The notes beneath the pieces are model-generated. The model did not search any database, was not told the DNA's origin, and saw only the letters and a program-made list of their open reading frames with translations. DNA of 64,000 nucleotides from Gonapodya sp. JEL0774. Taxonomy: Eukaryota. This document shows positions 1 through 14,753 of this stretch, piece by piece; positions within the stretch are counted from its first letter, which is position 1, and the number at the start of each line of letters is the position of its first letter. The position numbers and the translations under genes are program-made. Location: positions 1 to 64,000 of the forward strand of contig JADIIX010000126.1 in the NCBI GenBank assembly GCA_027604505.1. Reading direction: 5' to 3'.

Positions 1-650
1 GCAAGTTCCCGTTTAAATTCATCAGTACTTTTGCTGTCTGGAGCAATGCAGATAAAATCATCAACATGTCCGCCTGCGATAACCTTTCCTTTGCCATCTT
101 CAAGTTCCTTTATAAAAACAACGGGGTCTGCCTGTATCTGTTTGAAATGCATCTTGTGCACCAATGTGTCAGAGAGGTCCTTGAACCAGACATTTGCCGC
201 CTGCTTCAATCCATAGAGGGATTTCACAAGTCTGCAAACAAGGCTTCCACCTTCTGCAAATCCATGAGGTTGTTCAAGGTAGACCTTTTCTTCCAAGTTG
301 CCATTTAGGAAAGCATTTGATATGTCCAATTGAGTGATTTTGTAACCCCATTCTGCAGCAAGAGCAAGAAGAATGTGCCACGCTTTGGAATTCATCACAG
401 GTGCAAATGTTTCGTTGTAATCAATTCCATGTTGCTGTGTGAAACCACGAGCCACCCAGCGTGCTTTAAAACGCACCGAGTTGTTGGACAGCTGTTTCAA
501 CGCGTAAACCCACTTTCCTGTCAAAACTGGCACTTGCTTTTGCTTTTCCACCACCTCCCAAGTCCCAAATTTGCGCTGTGCTCCAACTTCCTCTTCCACG
601 GCCAATTGCCAATACTTTGCATAAGGGCTATCCATTGCTTGTTTATAAGA
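1..650 (-). mobile_element. Ty1/copia LTR-retrotransposon reverse transcriptase region (runs off the window start)
   Basis: Manual minus-strand translation is open: SYKQAM..YWQLAVEEE..TWEVV..GKWVY..RFKARWVARGFTQQHGIDYNETFAPV..QLDISNAFLNGNLEEKVYLEQPHGF..VCRLVKSLYGLKQAANVW..GGHVDDFI. These are copia RT motifs (KARxVAxG, DxxxAFL, LYGLKQ, [Y/H]VDD). Confidence 0.95.
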
Positions 651-1299
651 CCAGCTACAAAACTTGCCACTGTCGTACGTCAAATGGGGAGATGTCTGTC
701 CGTCTGACTGCACAAGCATCCGCTGGCACCAACGTGGTGACAGGACAGTGGGACAAAACCTCACGCCACTACAGTAGTCAGTGGTGAACATGGTCCTGAA
801 GCCGTTTTGGGGTGTCATGTGCTGGGGGTGCAAGCCCAAGGACACATAATGGACTTGAACCACTTGCATCCCACTGGGCACGCCATATGAGTGCGCCAGG
901 AGCATGTGAGGGACAGTGCTAAAAGTAACTGACTGGTCTGAAATGGGGTGAAACCCCCACACAGAATGGGGCCAGATTACACAGACATGGAAGTAATGTC
1001 AGCTGTACAAAAACATGGTTTCAAATTTTTGCCCGTGTAAATATACGCACGTGTTCTACGTCTAAGTGTATAGAGGAAGTGTTTGTCGGCAATTCTTCTA
1101 TAACAGCAACAACATCGTAAATGGGATGTGTTGAACAGAAACTCCGCCTGTCAAACGCAGTGTCACTGACCACGTAGTTCCACCGTGGTACTGACTGGTG
1201 ACCCTGGCCTCTGCCCCTCTGGCCCCACGCCTGCCTGCTGGCATCTCATACTTTGGCTCTCCCACGCCTGTCTTCCCTCGCCCTTGCTCTCAAAGTGCT

Positions 1300-1850
1300 A
1301 TCTGACACCGGTTCTGGGCGCTCCCTGCTGAAGTCAATACCTTTGGTGCAGTTGAAGCAACGGGTATGGGGCGTTCTGCTGCTGTTGCCGGTATGGGTTC
1401 GGTCCATTCCCTGGGCGCGTCATGGGACTGCCTCCACCCCGGCTGTTCCTGTTACCAAGACCACCACAGTGGTGACCTCTTCCGGCTCAGTCGGCAGGCC
1501 CGGTGTGGGGCACTTCATTCTGTCTGCCAGCTGCATCTCTGTGAACTCTGGTGCAGGGTGCTTCTGCAGTAGGTCAGTGTTCGCCACTCTCAACCAACAA
1601 CATCCCGCGGGTAAAGGTGGGAACCAGGACGTTGCTTACACCTGCAAGTTGGACACACGCTCTTGGAGCTTGTTGCCTGGCTTCACAATCACATTCAACA
1701 TCTGACGTGGGTTGGGGCCAGCAGCCTTCAGAAACATTGTCACGTACTTTTCATTCAGTTGCTTGCTGGTCATTTGGCTACAGGGTGTCGTGTATGCCTG
1801 CAAACTTCGCAAGTCTGCCATGTGCTGTTCCAATGTTGCAGACGCTGAAT
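1300..1850 (-). pseudogene. Decayed retroelement gag-like fragment with degenerate CCHC zinc knuckle
   Basis: Minus strand at ~1310-1365 reads TRCFNCTKGIDFSRERPEP, resembling CFNCxxxGHxSRECP with the His and last Cys lost. Surrounding frames contain stops and the region is CpG-poor. Confidence 0.5.
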
Positions 1851-1917
1851 TCGCTCAGCACACCACAGCCCAGTTGGCATTGTTTACCACCTGCTGCAAC
1901 CCCTCCCACAGTGCGCC

Positions 1918-2056
1918 TGTCACGACCATGTGCTGGATATATATGATGTTGTGTGTGTACTATATTTGTATGATAGACCACCACACATAGATGAGTGCGC
2001 TGGCATGTAATATATTCATTTAGTTGCCCACACAATACATTACATGTATTCTGACA
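1918..2056. repeat. Short LTR-like unit (TGTCA...TGACA termini)
   Basis: 139-bp segment starting TGTCA and ending TGACA, with an AT-rich core, inside the transposon patch. No target-site duplication seen. Confidence 0.3.
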
Positions 2057-2246
2057 CCATGGTGTAGTACCACCTGAAAAAGGTGTCCAGGTGGTCAACT
2101 GGTGGACAGTTGAAGACCCTTGCATCTCAGAGACGGTGGGTTGGGGGCAGTGTGCCTTGTTGCTTCATGTTGCCATACACCTTGTTGAGCGACTCAGTGA
2201 GCACAAGTGCGCCCCAACTTCACTGTGTCTGGTCTGTCCGGCACAC

Positions 2247-2888
2247 CTACCTGCTCCACGCCCCGACGCAACTGTTCCACCCAATCTTGGAGTCCTCCTC
2301 AACTATTCTCTTCCTTTTGCTACTCGGTGGTTTGTACACTGGCTTCTGGAACGTCAGGAGGTTGGTGATTGTTGACTTTGGTTTTGCAACCACTCCAGGT
2401 GGTTGGAGCTTCTTCTTGTTCGCCAGCAACACTCTCGCTTTTTCATTCTCCATAACCCAAACTTTGTTTGTGCGGGGACCATTGTGCCCTGCCACCATTC
2501 TCCTCTTGTCGCGGTTGAACTGCAACTCATGCAGTTCCTTCTCAGCCAACTGGTGTGCCAACTCTGTCTCCTCCCAACGTAACACCACTCTCTCCCTCAT
2601 ATCCACGAAACACACACACAGCGCCTTGGTTATCTTGTCTGCTGACAGTTTGCTCTCTGCAACATGGGGTGGGTAGAGGTTCGGTGCACCCTGGGTCCTG
2701 GGGAGTTTGCACGGTTGCAGGGGTCGGGTGCCAGCTGAAGAAGAGGAAGGGGCATTGTTGGGAAGCTTCCAGGCCTTTGCAGGGGCTGAAGGTTTGCTGG
2801 TTTGCAAAGGCAGATGATCAGGCACTGGTGGAAGGCGAGACTGGGGAGTCAGCATCCCATTGCCTGTTGTGGTATTGACACCTTGCAC
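2247..2888 (-). pseudogene. Probable degenerate transposon-derived ORF (coiled-coil, Lys-rich)
   Basis: 213-aa ORF in CpG-depleted repeat DNA with no clear catalytic motif. Confidence 0.25.
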
Positions 2889-3342
2889 ATGACTACAGCC
2901 TACACATGTGCATCAGGCACACCTAGCACAAAATAATAAGAACACACTTCACATCATCTCACACTCCAGGCCTATCACTAGGCCACCATCCCATCATAGA
3001 GGGCTGAGACCAATACGTGGTGACAGCCCCACTACAGTTCTTTCAGGGTGATTGGACTGAAGGCAGGGGGTTTTGGGCTTTCATGGACATCCATGGGGCC
3101 TTTGCCTTTTTCCAAGACAGGCAGAGCATCTGCAACCAGGGCGCCACAACCCTTGCTGGCAGGGGAATTGTTGGTGCCAGGCCCTCTCTTTGGAAGCATC
3201 ACTGTCGAGGTTGTCAAAGTCGACAACATTGAACAACTAAATTTTGGCCATTAAGAGGTGAGTGAGAAGAGAGCAGACTTGATCAGTAGTCAGACACAGG
3301 CCACAGTGGAATGACAGGATGCGAGATGCAGCTGGCTGTCCC

Positions 3343-3490
3343 CCCAATTGTGATGTCCTGTGCTGGACCAGACTGGTAGATGTAGGACAGATGTCTCATG
3401 TACGCATAGATTGCACAGTATATACATATGACTACCTGCATATATCTCCGGACTGTGGTCACCCAAGGTGCCCAGTACACCACACTTGGG
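3343..3490. repeat. Short element with imperfect 20-bp terminal inverted repeats (solo-LTR or MITE-like)
   Basis: Left end cccaattgtgatgtcctgtg versus reverse complement of right end cccaagtgtggtgtactggg (16/20 match). Inner TGTG...CACA termini and an AT-rich core. Confidence 0.35.
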
Positions 3491-3759
3491 ATGTGGTGCG
3501 GCGTGAGATGGTGTTCGCCTGTGTTTACCTTGGTGGCACTGGCGTTCTTTCTTTCTTTTTCTGTTCCCCTCCATCTCTCCCCTTCTCCCTCCCTCCCTCT
3601 CTTGGTGGCGGGGAGGGGCTGGGGATTAACCTCGCCCTCCTGCCCAGTTTCAGCCATCCTTGTCTCCCTCCATCAGCATCGCGCAGCGTCCCGGTGGCGT
3701 TTCCCCACCGTTCCCTCCTCCTCTCTAGCGGCTCGCGGACCGTGCACTAGGGCCTGTTC

Positions 3760-4128
3760 TGTTGGGACGGAACCTCTGCAGGAGGGTCTGGAATCACTCA
3801 ATTTCAAAATCCCAGAAACCCAATTTTTTCCACAATCCATCGTCCAAATCTTATGATACTTCAGATATGTCATCTTACAGACAAATACAATTTTTTCCGC
3901 GTGGCTCTGGACAAATCTGAAGGTCAGAAACCTTTCGATTGACGATTTGTATAGGGGAAACACCAAGGAATGGGGGAATCACCGCATCCAACCACCCGAG
4001 TCCCCTGAAAATTTGCAAACCTAGAATACAAGAGGCATCGATTCCATTGCGGCCATTGCGAAAGATTTTCAGCGGTCCGTTTTGAAGTTTCCGGGTCCGG
4101 CTAAATTGGAGGGATTTCCGTCCCAACA
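3760..4128. mobile_element. MITE-like unit with perfect 13-bp inverted repeats
   Basis: TGTTGGGACGGAA at 3760-3772 and TTCCGTCCCAACA at 4116-4128. Non-coding interior; lies at the border of repeat and gene DNA. Confidence 0.45.
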
Positions 4129-4410
4129 ACAAAATCCGGGTCTGCCGAACCAGACCAGCAATATCATACTTTCGCACGTTTCCCTAAGCCATAATCCAAG
4201 GATTCATTTTGTAGTTCTTCAAAATGGCTGTCCACAACATCAAAGTCGAAATGACATAGATTTTGATAATTCACATTGCATAAGTAACGCCCAGGGGGGA
4301 AAGGGTTCCACATTGAGAAAGACAGGTGGGGCAGGTGGACTTTGCATGCTCTATTTCTCCTACAACCATGGCATAATTTTGATTCAATCATGTACCATCA
4401 CTGACCCCCT

Positions 4411-6893
<2,483 letters not shown>

Positions 6894-7461
6894 GATTGGG
6901 CGAGATGACCGGAGGAGGATAACTTGAAGAATGCGAAGGGGCAACGTTGGCGGGAGGAATTACGGAGCACGAGAGAGAGCGGGGGAAACGGCGCCGTCAG
7001 CACGGAAATCGGGGCGATGTTGGCGAAAACAAGACGGTGGCGATAAGTTTTGCTGGTCGCGTCCGTCGGAATTGAAATATTCACCTCCGTCTGTGGGGAC
7101 AAGGGAACAGGATGGGAGTGGAAAGGTTTTCTGCTTGCTCAGCCCCGTGCACGGCTGCCCAACAAAATTTGGGTGGAGTTCCTAAAAAGACTTCAAATTC
7201 AGCAATGGAAAAGCTTGGGTCACACAATTGTAATGCAAATGCTGCGAAGAACTCGGAAGAAGGGACTTTTCACCCAGATTCAGCTGGACGGTTCGGCGAC
7301 ACATAATCATCGTATCCCCCGTGTACTGTGATTTATATGGTGAATAAAGCTTTGGATGGTTGCATCAATATTGGTTGGTGAACCAGCAGGGGCCACAAGT
7401 GAGCGTGCTGCCAGGGAAAGGTGAAGACACACAATTTGAAGTAATTACTAACCTCAGTTTC

Positions 7462-9938
7462 ATGGATGCGAAAAAGAGAATTCGCGAAGACGGATCTGCT
7501 GCAATCGCTGAAAATGGACAAAGGTCGCCCAAGAGAAAGCGCGCGGAACAGGACGATTCAATCACCCTAGCAGATGCCGTCCCTCACGGCACTACCGCAC
7601 AAAAGACCATATTTCACCACATCAGCACGGACACGGCACCAGACTCCAATAGTGGAGCTTTTTCTCAGGATCAAAACGCAGTCGAAAACGCTCGAGCACC
7701 TTCAAACACCGATTCTTCACCCAGCCCCTCCAAGGCAAGCAACCGAGAGCGAGGCAATAGGTCAGGTCGAGGTACAGATCGAGGAGCCCGGGGACGGGGA
7801 CGAGGTGGCGGGCGCTCCGGAGGAAAACAGCCTAGTGACAAGGAGCGAGCGTACAAGCGTCCTTCCACTTCTGATTGGGCTCCCCGCGACAAATCTAAAT
7901 CTGTTGAAAATGCGGACGACGATGAAGAAAAGGAAGATGGTCCACGGGGCACCAAGCGCAAAGTTGTGCTCCTGATGGGCTACTCTGGTTCCGGTTACCA
8001 AGGCATGCAAGTAAACCCTAACGCACGGACGATAGAAGGCGAGCTATGGAAAGCGCTGGTAGACACCGAGTGCGTGTCCAAGCTCAATGCTGACGACCCC
8101 AGGAAGGTTGCATTCATGAGAGCGGCCAGGACGGACAAGGGTGTCCATGCTCTGGGACAGGTGGTGAGCCTCAAAATGGTCTTCACTGGTAACCGAGCGG
8201 CGGCAAACGAACAGAGTACAAGCACTCGTCTCGATGATTTTGGGGCTGTTGGACCTCAGTCCCACCAACCTGACATTGGAAGCAGTGTCGATGTCGAGCA
8301 GGACGCGCAACCTGCCTCACCGAGTGTTCACGCTGACACCGTGGCGGCACCAAAGGCCACCACCCTTCCACCAACCACATCGAAAGCTGACAAAGAAGCC
8401 TTGATCGCTCAGGAACGCGAACTTGCTACGGAGACCATTGCCGCCATCAATGCAAATCTGCCAGAGCAGATTCGCGTGTGGGGTAAGCTTGTGTTCCCAA
8501 ATTTCAAGATAATGTAGTCCTTTTATTTCAAGTTTTCTCATTCATGTGTGGTTTCCGTGGCTCTTCGTTCTAGGTGTCCGTCACGTTCTCCGTTCCTTTA
8601 ACGCAAAGAATTCTTGCGATTCCCGAATCTATGAGTACATCATGCCCACTTACCTCCTCATGGAACCCCATCCTGGCTACTACCCCGATTCCGTCGCTGC
8701 ATTAGAACACCTCTCCAAGGCCTCCTCCACCGTTGACACTGTTGAGCATCCTTCTGCGCACCCTTTCCCCGATCCGTCTACACTAGGATTCTCACTTTAC
8801 AACGACAACCGTGAGGGCCGGTTTCGGATGTACGAAGTCCCCAAATCGACACCCGAGCAGCTCGAGGCCAAGCGTACGTGGCGGGTGCCGGCGGAATCTG
8901 TCGCGAGGTTGAGGGAAGTCTTGTCGGGGTATGTGGGGACGAGAAATTTTCACAACTTTACAATTGGGAAGAAATATGAAGAGAGGAATAGTAAGAGGCA
9001 TATCATAAGCTTTGAGGTGCGTGGAAGTGTGATTGAAGCGAGTTTCCGCGCGAGCTGGAGGCATCACAGCAGCAACTCGTCAAACTCCTCGCTAGTGCTC
9101 TGATCCGTACATTCGTGATGGCGTTGAATGGCTCGGCCTGAAGGTTTGGGGAAATAGCTTCATGCTCCACCAAATTCGCAAAATGGTCGGTATGTGTCTG
9201 CTATCGTTTTGTCCATCGCCGATTTCGTTTTGCTGATGCGAGCTTTTCTCTTTCACCCAATAATCGTGCTACAGGACTTGCCGTGCTCATGGTTCGCACC
9301 AAAACACCTCTTTCACTGTTAACCAGATCCTTCTCGCCTGTGAAGCTCAACATCCCAAAAGCACCAGCTTCGGGTCTGTTTCTGAACCAGGTTCGTTCGC
9401 CGTAACTTGTCCCTCTCAGGTTCAAGTTTTATATGATACCAATAGAGTCACTCCGGATCTGATTCATGTTTGCGAGTAGGTAGTGTACACGTCCTATAAT
9501 GAACGCGCTCAAAATACCCCTCTGCAACCAAACCAAACAATCGCGGAAAGATCCCGCATCACATTCGACGAATTTGCGGACGAAATTGCTCAGTTCAAGG
9601 AAAAATGGGTCATTGGAGATCTGGTGAAGGACGAAAAGGAAAATAACACGTGGGTGATCAGAACGGTCGCTCCATGTTGCACCTGAACACCTTGTAACCT
9701 CTCATCTCGCTCCTGAACTCTCATACGCTGCTTATGTAGCTATGACGAATGGCTTCGTATTGTCGACGCTCACTCTACCGAGTACCAGTACTTCTTGCGT
9801 TCCGACGGGACAGTGCAGGAGGAGGACAAACCACCCTACTTCGCGACCACCAAGGAACTCAACTCGTTCGACAAACCTGGTGGGGAACGTGTTGAGGAAG
9901 GTGAGGAAGAAGACGGGGCCCAGAATGGGGATGAATGA
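7462..9938 (+). CDS. PUS1: tRNA pseudouridine synthase, TruA/Pus1 family (multi-exon)
   Basis: [19 protein letters not shown], catalytic [49 protein letters not shown] and [10 protein letters not shown]. The start may extend upstream. Confidence 0.92.
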
Positions 9939-10282
9939 TGGGATGAGTGACAATGGTAAAAAGTGGTGATCTTTGGTTACGTCCATTCTTCTGATGTACA
10001 GTATCTGAAGAGAAAAGGCTTCCAATAACTGAGATTGCAAAGCGTCAACGTGGCCACCATGGCAGTGTTAGCGATTTCCTCCGGTGAACATCTTAAAGGA
10101 ACTGCAGTTCGGGGCCCATCATTGGACAGTTGAACAGAATACATGTGGGAAAGCATGTTTGATAGCAAGAGATATTCTAATCATGCTGAGAAGCGCACCA
10201 ACGTGTTCGCCCTTTTCGTCGACATCGGTCACAATCGGTCACCATGTCCCGCAAAGCTCCCAGACCAGACTGGTCCAGACTC

Positions 10283-11394
10283 CTACTTAGTCGCCACAAC
10301 CAGCGCCTGGTAAGTCTCGACTTCAATCTGCGCCGCTGCCTTGTCCTTTTCGCCCTGTGCCTGTGTCAATCGGCGCTGTGCTTCGTCAAGTCCGCGGCGG
10401 GCAGCCTCTGCATCAATTTGGTCAACGGGGACCGCCTCGACCGCAGTTATGTTGAGCGTGGAGTCTGGGTTCATGGTGAGGAATCCTCCGGCGACTGTTT
10501 GAAGGCGTGGTGAGGAGTCGAGGTGTCCATCATCCAGGCTTCCAGAAGACTGCACGACATACCGAAATACTTCTCCCTCTTTCCACCGTCCAAAAATACT
10601 TCCAGTGTCCCAGGTACGAGTTGCTCGATTACAGGAACGTGGTCGGCAAGAATACCTGTTGACACGAAATGAGATCACGACAATCCACCAGGTGACATGA
10701 TTTGAATAGCTGTTAGGTATCATAGTGACTTCTCCGAGTTCGGTTCCCAGTCCACTGCCCGTGCGCATTCACAACTCCAGGTGCTCGACAATCCAGAGCC
10801 CTGACTTTGACCTTGATGTATATTTTCCTCTCCTACGATTCGACTCGCACTTTTCTCTGTTTTGCAAAAGCTCCTCCTGCTGAATGCTCACCCATTTCTC
10901 CTTCCTGAGTTGTCACATTAAGTTGCTGGACGACTGTTCGGTTGAAGAAGGTCTGGTGGGGGGAGGCGAAGGTGAAAGTGAGTTTGCCCTTCTCGCCAGC
11001 GGGGACATCGGCGGCAGCAGCGGCCATTGTGCGAGCTAAGTAGACATGGAGGGAGTGTCGGCGGCAATATGATGTGAGAGGAACGTGATGGCGACAGTTA
11101 GTCCACCAGAAGAGAGCATCCAGACAGTGGCTTTTCTGAATTACATCAGCCATATCCTCAATCTAGAGCAGTTACGGGCACAAAGAAGCCGGTCTCAATC
11201 CCGAAAACTGTAGTGTATCATTCCACTTCATACCCCACAATGACGAACTTGTTCCCATCCGCCAAATCTCGAGCCACACGCAGCTTACCCACTCCCACAC
11301 TAGAGACTCCACACTCACCAGCCGAGACATTCCAGCTGGACCGGGTCCGGACAGCCCGAGCAAGAGCTGGGGCGATGGAACGTGCTGCAAACAT
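10283..11394 (-). CDS. ATP16: Mitochondrial F1-ATP synthase delta subunit (multi-exon)
   Basis: Presequence exon MFAARSIAPALARAVRTRSSWNVSA; then LTFTFASPHQTFF, GEMGILADHVPVIEQLVPG, GGFLTMNPDSTLNITAVEA and AAAQIEVETYQAL. Confidence 0.93.
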
Positions 11395-11749
11395 GGGGAT
11401 TCCTTCCGTGGAGACGAGGAACTGTCAGCCATCAAGTCGTAGATTTAAAGGATCGAAAAACGCTCCATCTGGTGCTCACAGGGAAGGTGGGTGCAGAGAG
11501 AAAACCTCTGAGCTTCGAAGGCCGGTTTTTTGAAAAACTGTGGCGGAGCATCCACGACCCGAGTGTCATCGCAGTACAACAGAACTTGAAAGCGACCCGA
11601 CAACAAGGAGAAAGAGTTAGAAATTTCAAAAATGCGCCAAGAAATGGGCTCGGTGATTGGGGAGTGACTACAGGCATCCACAAGAACATTGATCTTGGTA
11701 CCCATTCGGATGTCATGTTTTTCGCTTCAAACAATGTAGTTCATTTTGA

Positions 11750-12387
11750 TCACGTAGATTCAGACGCTTCTCAGCTCTGGTACTACAACTTCAGTTGCAG
11801 CTTGTATCAGTGGTTGAGTTTGCTCGTTCAATCCCCCAAAACATGTTCGTACCTTACGCATGGCATACATCACTTCTTTCCAGGGCTCATGGTAGACCTG
11901 TCCCACCCCGCCTTCTTTGCCCACGCGTCATCTGCCGTAGTTTTTGGCGCTGTTGCAACACAGAAGAACCACACTGCTAATCATTCCTTGATGAACTCGA
12001 ACTCACACACTCCTTTATCCCCGGTCAAAGGCTTCCTCTCGACGCGGCTCCCTTGAGAACCTGCTTCAACCGTTTGCTGCTGTTGCTTTGGGCTGAGTCC
12101 ACTTGTGAGAGAGTGGTTAGTGGTGTTCTGAGATGACGTCACTGCGGGACCCGATTCATCGGCACCAAGCGACCGTCTGCGAATGTAGTCTGGTGGTGAA
12201 AGTGACAAACTACACATCAACAAAACCACGTGCGCAGTTTGAGAACTTCCCACTAAGCCGAGTCGACGGCTCAATTATGCCACTGGTGACATAAGATGAC
12301 GTGGTGCACAATTCCCACGAGGAGCCTACTCGCGGCGGCCGTGATGCCCAATGCGCCTGTGGCTCCGACTGCGAAAGGAATAGACAT
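11750..12387 (-). CDS. Possible small hypothetical spliced gene
   Basis: Hydrophobic start MSIPFAVGATGALGITAAASRLL plus downstream frames bounded by splice-like sites. No recognisable domain. Confidence 0.2.
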
Positions 12388-12612
12388 GATTCGGGGACCT
12401 TGAAGCCTCTGGTGTGCCGTCAGGTGGGAAGTATCATGCCGCCCGCGCCAAGCCACACCAGACCCTCCAACTCGCTCAGTCTGTTGCCATTGATATCAGT
12501 AGTTGGGTATCACGGTTTATATATTCGATGATGAAGGTAAACGTCCATATTACTCCCAACAGCATCCGAAGCACCATCTCCACACGTCTCACCAACAAAA
12601 TGTAACTTCGTC

Positions 12613-14239
12613 TCAACTTTTTGTTTCGTAGACAATAATCTGTCTTGAATCTCCTGCAGACGCCAGTTTCGAACCCTCCTCGTTGAATGCAACCGCCCAC
12701 ACCTACGACAACATCGGAAGGGGTCGCAAAATCGAGAAGAGTTACAGTCATAGTACAGCAATAGAATCATCTGAAAAGTTCGAACCTGATCTGTGTGATT
12801 GTCGAAAGTGTGTAGGCATTGTCGTGAACCAAGGTCCCATATTTTGACGCGCTTGTCGGTCGAGCTGCGAAGATACAAATCCAAAGATGAAATTCAGATG
12901 GTTCAACGTCAACATGCCTTTCCGGAACCTTTCAAGAACCGATCAATCAATCTCACCAACTGGCCACTCTTCCTTCTCCTCCCACATCCACACCCACCAC
13001 CCACCCCCCGTGCCCTTCCATCTTTCCAACCATTCCTGCCACCCGTCCCACATCCCAGACACCCACCCGCCCGTCGTCGCTCGCTGTGACCAGTGTTCGT
13101 CCGTCATGGGTAAAGCGAAGGTCACGACATGTCAGTGCGTGGCCTGTATGTGTGGTGAGAGCCTTCCCCGTAGCCACGTCGAAAACAACGACTGCGCCAG
13201 AGTCCAACGAGCAGGCGAGGCGAGTGGAGTCTGGTGCCTGTTACGAGCGAGTGAGAGTCGATCGGGGGAATCAATCTCCGTTAAATCAGCATCTCTCGAG
13301 AAGGTTCCCTTCCCAATCCTCAACTCACCCAAGCAACTGCGACGACAAACTTCTTACCCCCTGTGTCAAACCCTCGCTCTCTTGTCCCGCTCTCTACACC
13401 CCACAAATGCACCTGACCGTTGTGAGTGCCAGTTGCTAAAGACTTCCCATCAGGGGAAAGTCCGCATCGGTAGGACTCGGCAGGGGCTGCCTGGAGGGTT
13501 CGAAGAGGCACATTGTTGGGCAGATCCCAAAGCATGAGACGGGAGTCAAGGGAGGAAGACGATGCAACTGAATGTCCGGAAGGTGCGAAGACAGTTTTGA
13601 GATGGTTTCATTAACTGACAATTTGATTATTTCTGACCCACGAACCGACTCAAAGCATTCCCAACCGACCACAAAACGAGGGCAGCATCGCCTCTCAATC
13701 GATGAAGTGTTCCCGGACACCTTTCCCTTCCTCAAACGCGATACTTCGTAAATTCGCACTGAATTCCATGCACTAATGCAGCGAGTGCCCTGCACCTTCT
13801 CTGCCCTCGCAAGATTCCAATGTTAAGATACAAGGTGGCCGCGATCAGCGACTTCACCAGTTGTCATGTGGAAATGTATCGCCAACTCTATCATCAACAA
13901 CCATGAAGTCTACCAACAATCAATAACCCCTCCGCCATTTCAAGAGTGTAAGTTTTCATTGTGTGTATGGAGAAACTCACTTGTGCCCGTGGCATTTGCG
14001 TCCACTGATAGCACCCCCAGCTGGTGTCCTTCCAATGTGACCAGCGGAGAGAAGTCCGTTCCGTTCCAGACCTTCACAGAGTCATCGAGCGAGCCAGTGA
14101 TTATCTTATTGGATCGCCGCGTCCAGCACAAAGACCATATTGCGTCCTCATGCGCTTTGATTCGCGAATTCAATGCAAATGGTAAAGAAGTTGCACACCA
14201 AGCAATCACTCCTGGATCAAAGGAAAAAGAACTCACCAT
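12613..14239 (-). CDS. SKI8: WD40-repeat protein Ski8/Rec14/WDR61
   Basis: [103 protein letters not shown] match the WDR61/Ski8 pattern. Confidence 0.88.
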
Positions 14240-14753
14240 TTTCGATTACTCGTTCCGTCGCAAACTTCGTCCGTCCGGTTTGACAAACATTGTGGTGGTT
14301 TCAATTCCATTCAGAAGGTGTTCGATCGTTTGGAGTTTCCGAATGCGTTAGAGTAAAGGTGATTTGAATTGCTTGCTTGGGTTCCTGTCACTCACAACCA
14401 TCGCCGAGTTACTCTTTTGATAAAATTCGGAACTGCGGGGACAGGTGTTGAAAGCGTTCAAGGAGAAGCGACGAGGTTGAGCGACGTTTTAAACCCATCT
14501 CCCTTTGCCTGGTAGCCATTCAAATTACACGGTGTCTGTATCATTGCGTTGACAAAGTGCGCATTACATATAGTAGAAGGAAGCGTAAGACAGAAAAGGT
14601 AGAAATGAACTCCACAGAGAACTTTGCCTGTCCCTCTTCCCAACGTATATGTAAACATGGATTGCGAAGGGATATCATACAAGAGAATAGGTATATCGAA
14701 TTATATCAATTGGAGAGATTGCACTCCACATCAAGAAAAATTCAAAATATAAG

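Noticed and set aside
3721..3750. Helitron 3' end (GC-rich stretch followed by CTAG)
   Set aside because: The hairpin is weak, the next base is not T, and no Rep/helicase sequence is visible.
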